Of a DNA stretch of 64,000 nt, positions 23,133 through 36,245 are shown in pieces. The notes below the pieces were generated by a model, which was not told where the DNA came from, ran no database searches, and was given only the letters and a program-made list of their open reading frames with translations. The position numbers and the translations under genes are program-made. This DNA comes from Mobula hypostoma (lineage: Eukaryota), in NCBI RefSeq assembly GCF_963921235.1, contig NC_086109.1, positions 12,276,001 through 12,340,000 of the forward strand. Reading direction: 5' to 3'. Position 1 is the first letter of the stretch; the number at the start of each line of letters is the position of its first letter.

Positions 23133-25428
23133 GGCTGTGTTCAGTGATTATTTCACTGTTGAGGTGACTGAAGTTATCCACACTGCTTCAGCAGCCTAAT
23201 GGCTGAACTGTTCCTGAACCTGGTGGCTTGGTATAGTACCTCCTTCCATCGACAGTGGCAAAAAGAGAGTATGTTTGGATGATGGGGGTCATTGATAATG
23301 AATGCAGCTTTCTTATGGCATTACCCCTCTGTAGGTGTGATTACCGGTGAGCTGGGTTTTACCTATCAATTGATCAGATCAGTCTTAACCAATCTCCATA
23401 CTGACCATCCCTGAGTAATGAATGGCTCTGTTGTTACAGATGTCTATATGTCAATTTTACTCGTATGTCAGAAAACATGACTAATATCACTGAATATGGT
23501 ATCCATACCTCCATGGTTTTATAATGAAAGGCATCAACTGCACATAAAACTGAGAAGAAAAAGTAATTTTGAAAAGTGGGAGAAAGAAAACTAGTTCTGT
23601 TATTTGTAGGAACATAGAAAATAGAAAAGTACTACAGAGCTCAGGTCCTTTGGCAGACAATATTGTGTCAATGTATACTCCATGATCAATCTAATCCTTC
23701 CATCATACGTAGCCCATGATACTCTATTTTTTGTACTTCCATGTGTATGTCTATCCGAGGGGCTCTTTGATGTCCGTTTTGCATCAGCCTCTACCACCAT
23801 GCCTGCACTGTATTCAAGGGACAACCCACTCACTGTGTAAAGAAAAACTACCTCTTACATCTCCCCTCAATGTACTTCCACTCACCTTAAATCAATGTCC
23901 TGTAGGATTGGTCACTGCCACCATGAGGAAGAGGTGCTGGTGTCCACTCAATCTATGCCTTATACTGGACAGTACTGATTGGAATGGAGTTTCATAGAGC
24001 TGTAACATTACCTTGTGGTTGTTGAACTCAATCCCTTCAACTAGTGAAGTTCAGCACAACATACACGCTGTTTAACATCTTTTCAACTTGAGCAGCAACT
24101 TTGAGGAATCTACAGACTTGGACCCCAATAATCCTCTGTACCTCTACATTGTTAATAATCCTGCTATTAACCTTGTAAGCTTTGTTTAAGTTCAATCATC
24201 CAAAGCGTATCACTTCACATACATCAGTGTTAAACTCCATCTACCAGTTCTCCATCCAGCACTGCATCCTGTCTCTATCCTGGGAATGAACTGTATAGAA
24301 TTCTATCTTACACATCACTCTTCTGACCAGACCTGCTTTCTAACCTGACCCTCTACCACTTTTATTCCAGATCTGAGGAGGAGTCCCTGCCCTGAAACTG
24401 GATTCAATGATAGGTCTTGGCATATCATAAACTGCTCCTGACGAAGGATCTCGGCCCGAAAATTTGACTGTTCGTTTCCATGGATGCTGCCCGACCTGCT
24501 GAGTTCCTCCAGCGTGTTGTGTGTGTTGCACAGATACTGCCTGATCTGCTGACTCCTCCAACATTTGTGTGTGTTCTATCAGCATATAGGTGGAAGATAG
24601 AAAATCTGGCTGAATGGTTTCACAGCTATTTCCCACTCGACATCAGCAAAACCAAAGAGCTGATTATTGACCGCAGGAAGAGTTATCCAGAGGTCCTTGA
24701 ACCAGTCCTCATCAGGGCAATATCTGCATCTAATATAAAGCAATCATGTGAATTTTTTTAATCAAGATTTTTTAGAACTATCTTTCCTTGAGAAAAAGAT
24801 TGTGTGTATCCACCTAGATTTTTAAAAATCTAGATGCAATATGAGAATGAGAAATATTTAAAATGAGCTACCTCTTCATGTCGAAGTTTTTACTTTTATT
24901 GAATTTACTGTCACAGGGAGTGGTTGAGACAAGCGCAATAGCAACATTTAAATGACACTTGGACAACTTTCTGGACAGGGAAGGTTCAGTGGGATATGGG
25001 CCAAATGCAGGTGAATGTGTCTAGCTTAAATCAACATCTCTCTCAGCATGGTGGAGTTGGGATGAAGGGCTCATTTCTGTGTTTTACTGCACTCCACTCC
25101 ATTGTGCATTCGAGTTCCAGTTACAGGTCAGCATTGAGAAAAGTATTTTCTATGATTTGTAGATTCACCCACCTGTGACTTGACCATTGCAACTCACAAC
25201 AAGATACAACTCACTCGTTTTAGAAGTGCAATCACTCGAGTCGAGTTACATGTTCTCCAAAGGGGTTCTATTGGTGGATGTCGAGGCTGATCCAGGCTTC
25301 ACATATTTTGGTGCAGTGTGGGCAAGAGTAAGTGGTGGCTATGATTAGTTGTTGGGTCTTGTGGTTGCTTATTCTCTCGTTTCACAGCTGCAGCTTGTTC
25401 TCTGCAGCACAGTGGGGGTTTACTCTTA

Positions 25429-26730
25429 TATACCAGCCCCGACTAGGAGTTGAGAATGCTGAACCGTGTCTATGCCCTCCTGGACAAGCCAGCGAGCCCT
25501 GTGAGGGTCATGTTTTTTGACTTCTCCAGTGCATTCAACACCATCCGCCCTGCTCTGCTGGGGGAGAAGCTGACAGCGATGCAGGTGGATGCTTCCCTGG
25601 TGTCATGGATTCTTGATTACCTGACTGGCAGACCACAGTACGTGTGCTTGCAACACTGTGTGTCTGACAGAGTGATCAGCAGCACTGGGGCTCCACAGGG
25701 GACTCTCTTGTCTCCCTTTCTCTTCACCAATTACACCTCGGACTTCAACTACTGCACAGAGTCTTGTCATCTTCAGGAGTTTTCGGATGACTCTACCATA
25801 GTTGGATGCATCAGCAAGGGAGATGAGGTTGAGTATAGGGCTACAGTAGGAAACTTTGTCACATGGTGTGAGCAGAATTATCTGCAGCTTAACGTGAAAA
25901 AGACTAAGGAGCTGGTGGTAGACCTGAGGAGAGCTAAGGTACTGGTGACCCCTGTTTCCATCCAGGGGGTCAGTGTGGACATGGTGGAGGATTACAAATA
26001 CGTGGGGATACGAATTGACAATAAACTGGACTGGTCTAAGAACACTGAGGCTGTCTACAAGAAGGGTCAGAGCCGTCTCTGTTTCCTGAGGAGACTGAGG
26101 TCCTTTATCATCTGCCGGACGATGCTGAGGATGTTCTACGAGTCTGTGGTGGCCAGTGCTATCATGTTTGCTGTTGTGTGCTGGGGCAGCAGGCTAAGGG
26201 TAGCAGACACCAAAAGAATCAACAAACTCATTTGTAAGGCCAGTGATGTTGTGGGGATGGAACTGGACTCTCTCACGGTGGTGTCTGAAAAGAGGATGCT
26301 GTCCAAGTTGTATGCCATCTTGGTCAATGTCTCCCATCCACTACATAATGTACTGGGTGGGCACAGGAGTACATTCAGCCAGAGACTCATTCCTCCGACA
26401 TGCAGCACTGAGCGTCATAGGAAGTCATTCCTGCCTGTGGCCATCAAACTTTACAACTCCTCCCTTGGAGGGTCAGACACCCTGAGCCGATAGGCTGGTC
26501 CTGGATTTATTTCATAATGTACTGGCATAATTTACATATTACTATTTAACTATTTATTATTATTTTCTATTACTATTCTATTACTATTTATTATTTCTAT
26601 GACTATTACTATTTACTATTTACCAATAGTAATATTACTATTACTATTTCTATTACTATTTATTATTTATGGTGCAACTATAACAAAAACCAGTTTCCCC
26701 CAGGATCAATAAAGTATGACTATGACTATG
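25429..26730 (+). mobile_element. 5'-truncated Rex1/Babar LINE with a long intact RT frame
   Basis: 347-aa ORF 25450-26493 with FFDFSSAFNTI, GAPQGTLLSPFLF and FSDDS. (tatta)n 3' UTR and (tatgac)n tail. Confidence 0.95.
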
Positions 26731-27094
26731 TAATGCATTTCCCTCTTGAACAGATTTCCTCCAAGTGAATCTGTTCAGTGCATTGTCTTCCCAGTTTTTA
26801 GATGTAATCTTGAATTTCTTTGGGCTGATTTTAATATTATCTTTAAAGCCGACTTTCCTTTAACTGGGAGTAAAGGATCTATCTGTTTGGGGAGATGTTT
26901 AGGCATCTGAATAACTTGACCTATCCATTGGAGTCAGTGTTGCTTTATCGTGGTGGAGATGCTGTTTGTGTTGGCGCCTCCAGTATGCTGGTGTTAGTGT
27001 GTCTGTACACCGAGCTGACCCTCAGATTCTGTTATCAAGTTCTTTGGTGGCATTGTTCCAGGATTTTCAGGTGTCTATTGTAGGTGGTCCATCA

Positions 27095-28670
27095 TTCAGC
27101 TCCATACAGTAATATAGGAAGGACAGAAGTTTTGCTTAGACCTATAGGTCAGGTTTTTAAAACCATAAGACCAAAAGACATAGGAACAAAATTTGGTCTT
27201 TCAGCCCATTTAGTCTGCTCTGCCATTCTCTCATGGCTCATCCCGGATACCTGCCAACCGCATAAAGCTGCCGTCTCGCTATATCCTTTGATGCCCTGAC
27301 CGATCAGGAAACAATCGACTTCCACCTCAAATATACCCATGGACTTGGCCTTCACCACAGTCTTTGGCAGAATATTCCACAGATTCGCTACTCTCTGGTG
27401 AAAAAAAATTCCTCCTTATCTCAGTTCTACAGGGTCACCCCTCAATTCTGAGGCTATGCCCTCTAGTTCTGGATACCTGAACTAAAGGAAACATGCTCTC
27501 CATATCCACCCTATCTATCCTTCAACATTCAGTAGGTTTCATTAAGATCCCCCAACATTCTTCCTCATATGTAACCCTTCGTTCCAGGAATCATCCTTGT
27601 GAATGTCCTCTGGACTCTATCCAATAACAATATATCCTTTCTGAGATATGGGGCCCAAAACTGTTGTCAATTCTCCAAGTGCAGCCTAACTAGAGTCTTG
27701 TAAAGGCTCAGCATTATCTCCTTGCTTTTACATTTTATTCTCCTTGTAATAAATTCCAGCATTGCATTTGCCTTCTTTACCACAGATTCAACCTACAAAT
27801 TAACCTTCTGGGAGTCTTGCACAAGGACTCCCAAGTCCCTCTGCCCCTCTAATGTTTGAACTTTCTCGCCGTTTAGACAAAAATCTGCACTGTTTTTCCT
27901 TTTACCAAAATGTATTCCATCTGCCACTTTTTTCTCCATTCTTCCAATTTGTCTAAGTGCTTCTGCAATCGTATTGCTTTCTCAGCACTACCCACCCCTA
28001 TGCCTATCTTCGTATCCTCTGCAAACTTTGCTACAATGTCATCAATTCCACTATCTAAATCATTGACATGCAATGTGAAAATTAGCCGTCCCAATACTGA
28101 CGAGTGAGGGTCACCACTAGTCACTGGCACCCAACCACAAATTCCTCCCTTTGTTCCCATGCACTGCCTCCTGCTTGTCAGCCAATCCACCATCCACACC
28201 AATAATTTTCCTGTAATGTCACAGGATTTTACTTTGTTCTGCAGCCTCACATAAGGCACCTTATTAAATGCTCTCTGAAAATCCAAGTAAATACATCCAC
28301 TGCTGCTCCTTTGTCCACTCTGCTTCTTACTTCCTTGAAGAACTCTAACAGATTTGTCAGACAAGATTTCCCTTCACAGAGACCATGTTGACTTTGGCTT
28401 AGTTTTTTCATTAGTCTCCAAGTACCCCAAAATGCCATTCTTAATAATAGACTCCAACACATTGCCAACCACTGAAGGTAGACTAACTGGCCTTTAATTT
28501 CCTCCTTTTGCCTCCTTCATTCTTAAAGTGGGGTTACATCTGCAATCTTCCAGTCCTCTCAGATCATGCCAGATCAAGTGATTCTTGAAAGGTCATGACT
28601 GATGCATTTGTTATCTCTTCAGCAAATTCTCTCAGGGCTCTGGGATATAGTCATACTGGTTTCCATCTCC
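27095..28670 (-). mobile_element. CR1 LINE RT region and 3' UTR (degenerate)
   Basis: IYLDFQRAFNKVP..FAEDTKIG and the HGLCEGKSCLTNLLEFF motif. Confidence 0.92.
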
Positions 28671-28675
28671 CTTAC

Positions 28676-29270
28676 ATATTAATTTAAACCATTCCCAACA
28701 GCTGTAATAAATCTGCCCACAAGAAGATTGGTCCTCCGAGGATTCAAGTTCAACATGTCCCTTTTGTACCAGTCACACCTGCCCGAGAAGTGGTCCCAAT
28801 TATCCAGAATTCTGAGTCCCTGCCCCCTGCTCCAATTCTTCAGCCATATATTTATCTGCCACTTCATTCCATTGATATCTGCGTGGCATAGGCAGCAATC
28901 TCAAGATTACTACATTTGAAGTGCTTCTTGGCTTCTTGGCCTCCTTCCTAACTCTCTGTATTCTTTTTCCAGGACATCCTTCTTTTTTTTCCTATGATAT
29001 TGGTACCAATATGTGCCATGCCTTTTGGCTGCTCACCCTCGCATTTCAGGATATTGTGGACACGTCCAGAAACATCTTGAACACTGGCACCTGGGAGGCA
29101 AACTACCATCCATGTTTCCTTTTGCGTCCACAGAATCGTCTATCTGCCCCCCTGAATATAGAGTCCGCTATTACTGTTACTATCCTCTTCAATTCCCTAC
29201 CCTGCTGAGCCACAGTGGCAGACTCAGTGTCAGAGGCACGGCTGCTGTTGCTTCCCTCAGGTCGGTCATA
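28676..29270 (-). mobile_element. CR1 ORF1 SGNH-esterase fragment
   Basis: VIADSIFRGADRRFCG (GDS motif) and WLKNWSRGQGLRILDNWDHF..YKRDMLNLNPRRTNLL. Confidence 0.85.
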
Positions 29271-29272
29271 AA

Positions 29273-29640
29273 AGACCCATTTCCTTAATCTTTCATAACC
29301 ACTGCTCAGCACTACTTAGGCAGTGGTTGATCTCTGAGTCAATATCTGCTTTTGTGGAGAGAGTGCTTTCAATGTAGGGAAAGTGCTTTATATTTTCATA
29401 ACTGAAGTCTTCAACATTTATGGAGAGTTGGATAAATGGCTGGTTAGGTGGTGGCTGACATAGGATCTGTGTTTTTTTATATTGAAATCAAGACTCAGGG
29501 CACTAGATGCCTTGGCAAAGGCATTCTGGATAAATTGGAAGTCGTCTTCAGAGTGTGTTGTGATGGTGTTGTCACCCACATACTCAAGCTCCATGATAGT
29601 GATGGTGCTGACCTTGTTTTCCTGAGCTCCATTTACCTAT
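29273..29640 (-). mobile_element. Piece of an old fragmented RTE-clade LINE (other pieces at 33510-33620 and 35335-35565)
   Basis: RT C-terminal part here. IFTACQI/CVIAPT region at 33.5 kb. APE motifs KFKASWQ..WYLIDYVIVRARDCHDVYVTK..WTD at 35.4 kb. Confidence 0.8.
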
Positions 29641-32090
29641 CTACAAGTCTCTTAAAAGACCCTATTGAATCCCACCTCCACCACCATTGCCAGCAGTGCA
29701 TACCAAGCAACGACAATTCTGTGTGAAAAACTTACTTCTCAATTAGACCTTGTACCTACTTCCAAACACCTTGAAACTATGACCCTTGGGAAAAAGCTAT
29801 GATCCCTGGGGAAAAGCCTCCGGCTATCCACACGATCAATGCCTCTCATCATCTTACAAACCTCTTTCTGGTCATCTCTCATCGTCTGTCACTCCAAGAA
29901 AAAAAGGAGAAGTTCACTCAACCTATTCTCATTGAGCATGATCTCCAACGCAGGCAACATCCTTTTAAATCTATTTTGCACTGTCTGTATAGTATCCACA
30001 TCCTTCCTGTAGTGAGGTGACCAAAACTGAAGGCAGTACTCCAAGTGAGGTCTAACTAAGGTCTTATATAGCTGTAACATTAGGTCACAGCTCCTAAACT
30101 CAATCCCATGGTTGATGAAGGCCAAAACATCATACGCCTTCTTAACAACACAATCAACCTGCATGGCATCTTTGAGTCCCGTATGGACGCGGACCCCAAA
30201 ATCACACTGATCCTCCACACCGCCCAGAGTCTTACTGTTAGCGTTATATTCTGTCTTCAGATTTAACCTCAAAATAAATCACTTCACATTTCTCTGGGTT
30301 GAAGTGCATCTGCTATTTCTCAGTCCAGTTCTGCATCCAATCGACATTGCACTCTAACCTCTGACAACCCTCCAGACTATCCACAACACCCCCAACTTTT
30401 GTATCATCAGCAAACTGACTAACCCACCCTTCCACTTCCTCATCCAGGTCATTTATAAAAATCACAAAGAGGAGGGGTCCCAGAGCAAATCACTGTGGAA
30501 CACCACTGGTCACCCTCCTCCATGCAGAATACAAACCATATACAACCACTGTTTTCCTCCTGTGGGCAAGCCAATTCTGGATTCATAAAGCAAGGTCTCC
30601 TTGGATCCCATGCTTCAATATTTACTGAATGAGCTTCGCAGGGAGAACCTTATCAAATGCCTTACTAAAATCATATACACTACATCCACTGCTCTACCTT
30701 CATCAATGTATTTTGTTACATACACAAAGAATTCAATCAGGTTCATGAGGCTTGATGTGCCCTTGACAAAGCCATGCTGACTCTCCCTAATCAGATTATG
30801 TCTGTTACAACCACGGATTCAGCAGCGCAGGAGATTCAGCAATTGCACTCGTGAATATGCATGTGTCAGCTAATTATTACTTCATTGTGATAGTATTTAA
30901 CTCCGTTTATTCTGTCATAGTATTTGTCGAGACTTGAACATGGACATAGCTACACTTCGTTATCTGCATTCTGCCTTGGCTGAGAAATTGGACTGTCAAC
31001 TGACTGTGAAGACCAGCGGTATTCATTTTATTTTTAGTTGTTCTTTTCAGCCGCAGTGTAAGCTTCGCTTTCCATTTGAGTGTTTTAGTCAATGGCCCTG
31101 TTTGGCCTAACGTTTATTGTTCTCTTTTTCCCTTTAACATCATTTGCATTAAAGTCTGTGAAATATCGAACTGCTTCAGTATCTTTCACTCCGCACTTAG
31201 GCCATATGCGAATCTGGTGACAATGTCTTTCTAAATGTTCATAAATCCTGCCTCTCAGGATCTTCTCCAACAACTTGCCCACCATTGAAGTAAGACTCAC
31301 TGGTCTATAATTTCGTGAGGTATCTCTAATCCCTTTCCTGAACAATTGAACGAAGTTTGTAATCATACAGTCCTCTGGTACTTCTCCCATCCCTATTGAT
31401 AATACAAAAATCAGCACCAGAATCTCAGCAATCTTGCTCGCTTCCCACAGTAGCCTGGGGTATATCACGATCGGTCCCGGTGACTCACTTAACAATACCT
31501 TTCAAAAGTTCCAGCAGATCCTCTTTCTTGATGTTTATACACTCAAGTGTTTCGATCTGCTGTATGTCACCCCCACAATTGCTAAGGTCCTTTTCATTGG
31601 TGAATACTGAAGCAAAGTATTCATTAAGTTCCTCCACTACCTCCATAGACTCCATACACATGTTTCCACTATTGCTGCTGATTCGTCCTACTTTCATATG
31701 GCTCATCCTCTTGTTCTTCAAATATTTGTCGAACGCCTTTGGGTTTTCCTTCATCCTGTTCACAAGGGCCTTCTCATGGCCCCTTCTGGCTCTCCTAATT
31801 TCATTCCTGAGCTCCTTTCTGGCACCCTTGTAATTTTCTTGAGCTCTAACAGTACCTAGTTTCTTGAAACTTTTGTAAGTGTTTCTTTACTTTTTAACTA
31901 GAGGAAACCTTCCTGAACACACCTAACAAATTCCACTCCATCTAAACCCCTTGCTCGAAGGAATTGCTAGTCAATATTAGGAAAGTTAAAATCATTCATC
32001 ACAACAACCCTTTTATTTTTGGACCATTCCAGAATCTGCCTCCTTTTCTGCTCCTCAATGTCTCTGTTACAATCGGGTGATGGTCTATAA
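29640..32090 (-). mobile_element. Long degenerate CR1 (EN/RT), interrupted by a solo LTR
   Basis: LVRPHLEYCLQFWSPHYRKD, RNYRPVSLTSMVGKLLEKIL and ELNEYFASVFT. Confidence 0.9.
30803..31222 (+). mobile_element. Solo LTR, 420 bp
   Basis: TG...CA termini (tgttacaac...ctggtgaca) with a perfect 5-bp TSD atgtc (30798-30802 / 31223-31227). Confidence 0.93.
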
Positions 32091-32129
32091 AAAACACCCA
32101 GTAGAAGTTTTGCCCCCTTCCAGTATTGG

Positions 32130-33510
32130 TGCTGGGTCGTTTGTTGCTTATCATTTATATCAATGATCTGGATGATAGGGTGGTTAACTGCATCAGTAAA
32201 TTTGCGGAGGACACCAAGTTTGGGGGTGTGGTGGACAGCGCGGAAGGTGATCGTGGCTTGTAGAGAGATTTACATCAGCTGGAAAAGTGAGCTGAAAAAC
32301 TGGAAGATGGAAATTTGTACAGGCAAGTGCAAGGTTTTGCATTTGAATTGAATTGAATTGACGTTATTATGTACATCCTTCATATACATGAGGAGTAAAC
32401 ATCTTTACGTTATGTCTCCATCTAAACGTGCAATGTGCAGTTTAAAGTAATTTATAATATATAATATGTGCAACAATATAACATAGAAATACAGTTGTGT
32501 CAGCATGAATTAACCAGACTGATGGCCTGGTGGAAGAAGCTATTCCAGAGACTGCGGTACAATTTCCCGGATGGTAGCAGGTGGAACAGTTTGTAGTTGG
32601 GGTGTCTTGGGTCCCCAATGATCCTGCAGGCCCTTTTTACACACCTGTCTTTGTAAATGTCCTGAAGAGTGAAAAGTTCACATCTACAGATGCGCTGGGC
32701 TGTCCGCGCCACTCTCTGCAGAGGCCTGCGATTGAATGAAGTACAGTTCCCATACCAGGCAGTGATGCAGCCAGTCAGGGTGCTTTCAATTGTGTCCCTG
32801 TAGAAAGTTCTTAGCATTTGGGGGCCCATAACAAACTTCTTCAACTGTTTAAGGTGAATGAGGCACTGTTGTGCCTTTTTCACCACACAGCCAGTATTTA
32901 CAGAGCACGTGATATCCTCGGTGATGGTTATGCCGAGGAACTTGAATCAGTTCACCCTCTCAACCCCAGATACGTTGATGTCAATAGGGGCTAGTCCATC
33001 TCCATTCCTCCTGTAGTCCACAACCAGCTCCTTTGTTTTGCAAAATTGAGGGACAGGTTGTTTTCTTGACACCTCTGTGCCAGGGTGATGACTTCTCCTC
33101 TGTAGGCTGCCTGATTATTATTTGAGATTATGTCAATCAGTGTAGTCTGATTACTACAGTGAAGGTCTCTGAACTTCTTGTCAAGCCTGGAGGGAATTAT
33201 GGTGTTGAATGTTGAACTGTGGTCCAAGATCAGCCTTCTCACATAAGCATCCTTCTTCACCAAGGGTGAAAGCTAAAATGTCTAAGGGGAACATAAGGGT
33301 AATCTTCTTCACTTAGAGGGTTGTGAGAATGATTTTCCAGCACAAGTGGTTCATGTGAGTTGGTTTTCAATCTTTAAAAGATGTTAGAATAGTTGGGTTA
33401 TGGTGGTCTAAGGTCCCTGTGCAGGTCGATGGGAATAAGAAGTTTAAGTGGTTTCAGCATGGACTACATGGGCTGAGGAGCCTGTATCGTGCTGTATGTC
33501 TCCTTGACTC
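32130..33510. mobile_element. Old CR1 (+) with a nested Rex1-type LINE (-, about 32345-33260)
   Basis: CR1 RT at 32130-32340 and 3' UTR at 33265-33510. Rex1 KKAQQCLIHL..SILTGCITAWYGNC and (caatt)n tail. Confidence 0.88.
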
Positions 33511-33619
33511 AATAATGAGGTGAAGGCTGGTCGCAATAATGATGGGAGTGGGCGCAATGACACAGCTCTATTGATGGCATTTTCCTGTATCTGGCATGCT
33601 GTGAAGATCATAAGGCAGT

Positions 33620-35330
33620 GCAGAGGAGTTTCACCAGGTTGATTCCAGGGATGAAGGGGTTAACCTTTGAGGAGAGATTAAGTCACCTGGGACTATACTG
33701 TCTGGAGTTCAGAAGAATGAGAGGGGGTCTTATAGAAAGATACAAAATTTTGAAAGGGATAGGTAAGATAGAAGTAGGAAATTTGTTTCCATTGGTAGGT
33801 AAGACTTGAGCTAGGGGACATTGCCTCACGATTCAGGGGAGAAGATTTAGGATGGAGATGAGGAGAAACTGTTTTTCCCCAGAGAGTGGTGAATCTGTGG
33901 AATTCTCTGCCCAGGGAAGCAGTTGAGGCTTCCTCACTAAACATATTTAAGAAACAGTTAGAGAGGTTATTACATAGTAAGGGAATTAAAGGTCATGGGG
34001 AAAAGGCAGTTAAATGGAGCTGAGCTTACTGACAGATCAGCCATGATCTTATTGAATGCGGGGGTGGGGGGGCGCACAGGCTAGCCTACTAATGGAATGA
34101 TCTTAGTGAATGGGGAGGATGGCTTACTCCTGCTCCTATTTCTTATGTTCTTATGCTCTTATTTGACAAGCTCCCACATGGGAAGTTCACCAAGAAGGTT
34201 CACTTGATTGGCGTTCAAGATGAGGAAGTAAATTGGATTGGTCCTTGGCCTTGTGCAAGAAGTCAGAGTGTGGTAGTAGATGGTTGCATATCTGACTGGA
34301 GGACTGTGAATCATGGAATGGTACAGGTATTGGTGCTGGGTCATTGATATTTGTCATTTATATTAATATCTGGATGACTGACAGTGTGGTTCCCTGGATC
34401 AGCAAATTTGCAGATGACACTGAGAATGGAGGTGTAGTGGACAGCTATGAAGAAGATCATGGCTTGCAGTGGGTTATGAATCAAATGGAAACAAGGGCTG
34501 AAAGATGGCAGGTGGAATTTAATGCAGACAAGTGAGAGGTGTTGCACTTCAGTAGGACCAACCAGGGATGGTCTTACACAGTGAATGCTCGCGCATTGAG
34601 AAGTGCTGCAGAACAAAATAATCGGAGAGTAAAAGTGCATAATTCATTGAAAATGATATCACAGGTTGATAGGATCATAAGAAAGCTTTCGGCAATTGGC
34701 TATAATAAATTTTTAAAAATCAAAATATTGAGAACAGGAGATGGGATGCTGTGATGAAGTTGAATAAGAAATGGATGAGGCCTAATTTGGAGCATTGTGT
34801 GCAGTTTTGGCCACTTACTCCAGGAAGGATGTAAACAAGGCTAAAAGAGTACAGAGAAAATGTACACAGATGTGGCTGGGTCTGGAGGTCCTGAGTTATA
34901 TGGAAAGACTGAATAGGTTACAACTTTAATTTCTTGGAATGTAGAAGATTGAGAGGAGATTTGATAGAGGTATACAAAGTTTTGAGCACTAAAGTTAGGG
35001 TAAATGTAAGCACGCTTTTTCCACTGAGGTTGGGTGGGGCTACAACTAGATGTCTTGGGTTAAGGGTGAAAGGTGAAAGGTTTAAGGTTAACATTTGGTG
35101 AAACCTATTCACTCAGAGGGTCGTGAGAGTCTGGAATGAGCTACAGAGCAAGTGTGCAAGCAGGCTTAATTTCAACATTTAAGAAAAGTTTTGAGAAGTT
35201 CATGAATGGTTGGGATATGGAGGGTGATGGTGCTGGTGCAAGTCGATGGGATTGGGCAATTTAAATGCTTTGGCATGGGCTAGATGGGCTGAAGGGCCTG
35301 TGTATGTGCTGGATTTCTCTATGACTCTGA
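33620..35330 (+). mobile_element. Two adjacent CR1 fragments (33620-34150 and 34150-35330)
   Basis: QRSFTRLIPGMKGL.. and ISKFADDTENGG. Each ends in a CR1 3' UTR. Confidence 0.88.
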
Positions 35331-35564
35331 CATGGAGGACTTGTCTGCCTACTATCTGTCCAGCTGGCATCTTTGCCAATCATGAACTTTGTCACATATA
35401 CATCATGGCAGTCCCTAGCTCGGACAATGACATAATCAATGAGATACCACTGTTCAGATCAGGCTTGCTGCCAAGATGCCTTGAATTTGCTTTCTGGTGG
35501 AAGAGAGTGCTCATGATGAGAAGATTGTGCTCAGCACATATGGTGAGTAGTTGTACATTTGATA

Positions 35565-35663
35565 TTATTCAGTACCCGGCGTTACTTTCCATTGGTCAGT
35601 GTCGTCAAGACTTTTGTACAGTGACAGTAATTGTGCTCACAGTGAATAACACTGCAGCATTCT
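35565..35663 (-). pseudogene. Divergent copy of the candidate terminal exon
   Basis: 48/64 nt identical to the 44.4-kb copy around the motif. Reads RMLQCYSL*AQLLSLYKSLDDTDQWKVTPGTE* after attacacag. The 3' side abuts an RTE fragment. Confidence 0.4.
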
Positions 35664-36095
35664 CTGTGTAATAATATTCCTAAATACATAAGGAAAATAT
35701 ATGCCTATCTGAAATGAAATCTGGCGATGATGGAAATACTCAACAGGTCAGCAGCAACTACAAGAACAACAAAGCTAATAATTCAGGTCAACATGTTTCA
35801 ATAAAATCATTTCATTGGGATGTCTTGATCTGAAGATTATTTGATTCCCTCTCCAAAAAATTTTGAGCCATTGACACATTAAGGAGAATATAAGATGCTG
35901 AATTCATGAGTGAAGTCATATTCTAAACAGAATGAATGGATGCATTCTTTATTGAAAACAGAACTTTATGAAGAAGCCTTTTCATTAATATGTTTATAAT
36001 TGTTTATTGAACTAACCAGCAGTAAAGACAGTAATTTGAAAATAACAGAACAGGTTTGAACATGAAAAAGGATCTACTGCTTTCCTGAGGTATAT

Positions 36096-36245
36096 GACGA
36101 ATAAACTTTTCTCAGGCTTCAAGTGGGTACAGGTATCGATTATAACCCACGTTTCAATAACAAACTCTGCCATCTTCTTCAGGGATGATGAAGAAGATGG
36201 CAGAGTTTGTCATCGAAATGTACCTGGATGGAAGCCTGAGAAGAG
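36096..36245. mobile_element. Palindromic PLE-type element with two degenerate hammerhead-like halves
   Basis: Inner arms 36152-36181 / 36189-36220 and outer arms ttctcaggcttc / gaagcctgagaa. Minus strand has CTGAAGA..GAAAC. Confidence 0.65.

Larger units (their letters stand above)
8497..24420. repeat. Tandem segmental-duplication array of three mosaic units (about 8.5-14.0, 14.25-19.4 and 21.5-24.4 kb); further copies at 42.56-43.1 and 43.1-46.44 kb
   Basis: Modules recur in the same order: old CR1 stub; ctccaaacagactctgg module; cctttaagacctttgtacagtgactgg module; LINE tail; gatcagtc..ataatgaaaggcatcaactgc module; CR1(-); tgggaatgaact..cctgaaactgg module. Confidence 0.9.

Noticed and set aside
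35246-35671. 141-aa plus-strand ORF with a CPAGIF (TNFR-like) motif
   Set aside because: It is a CR1 tail plus the antisense strand of an RTE endonuclease fragment.
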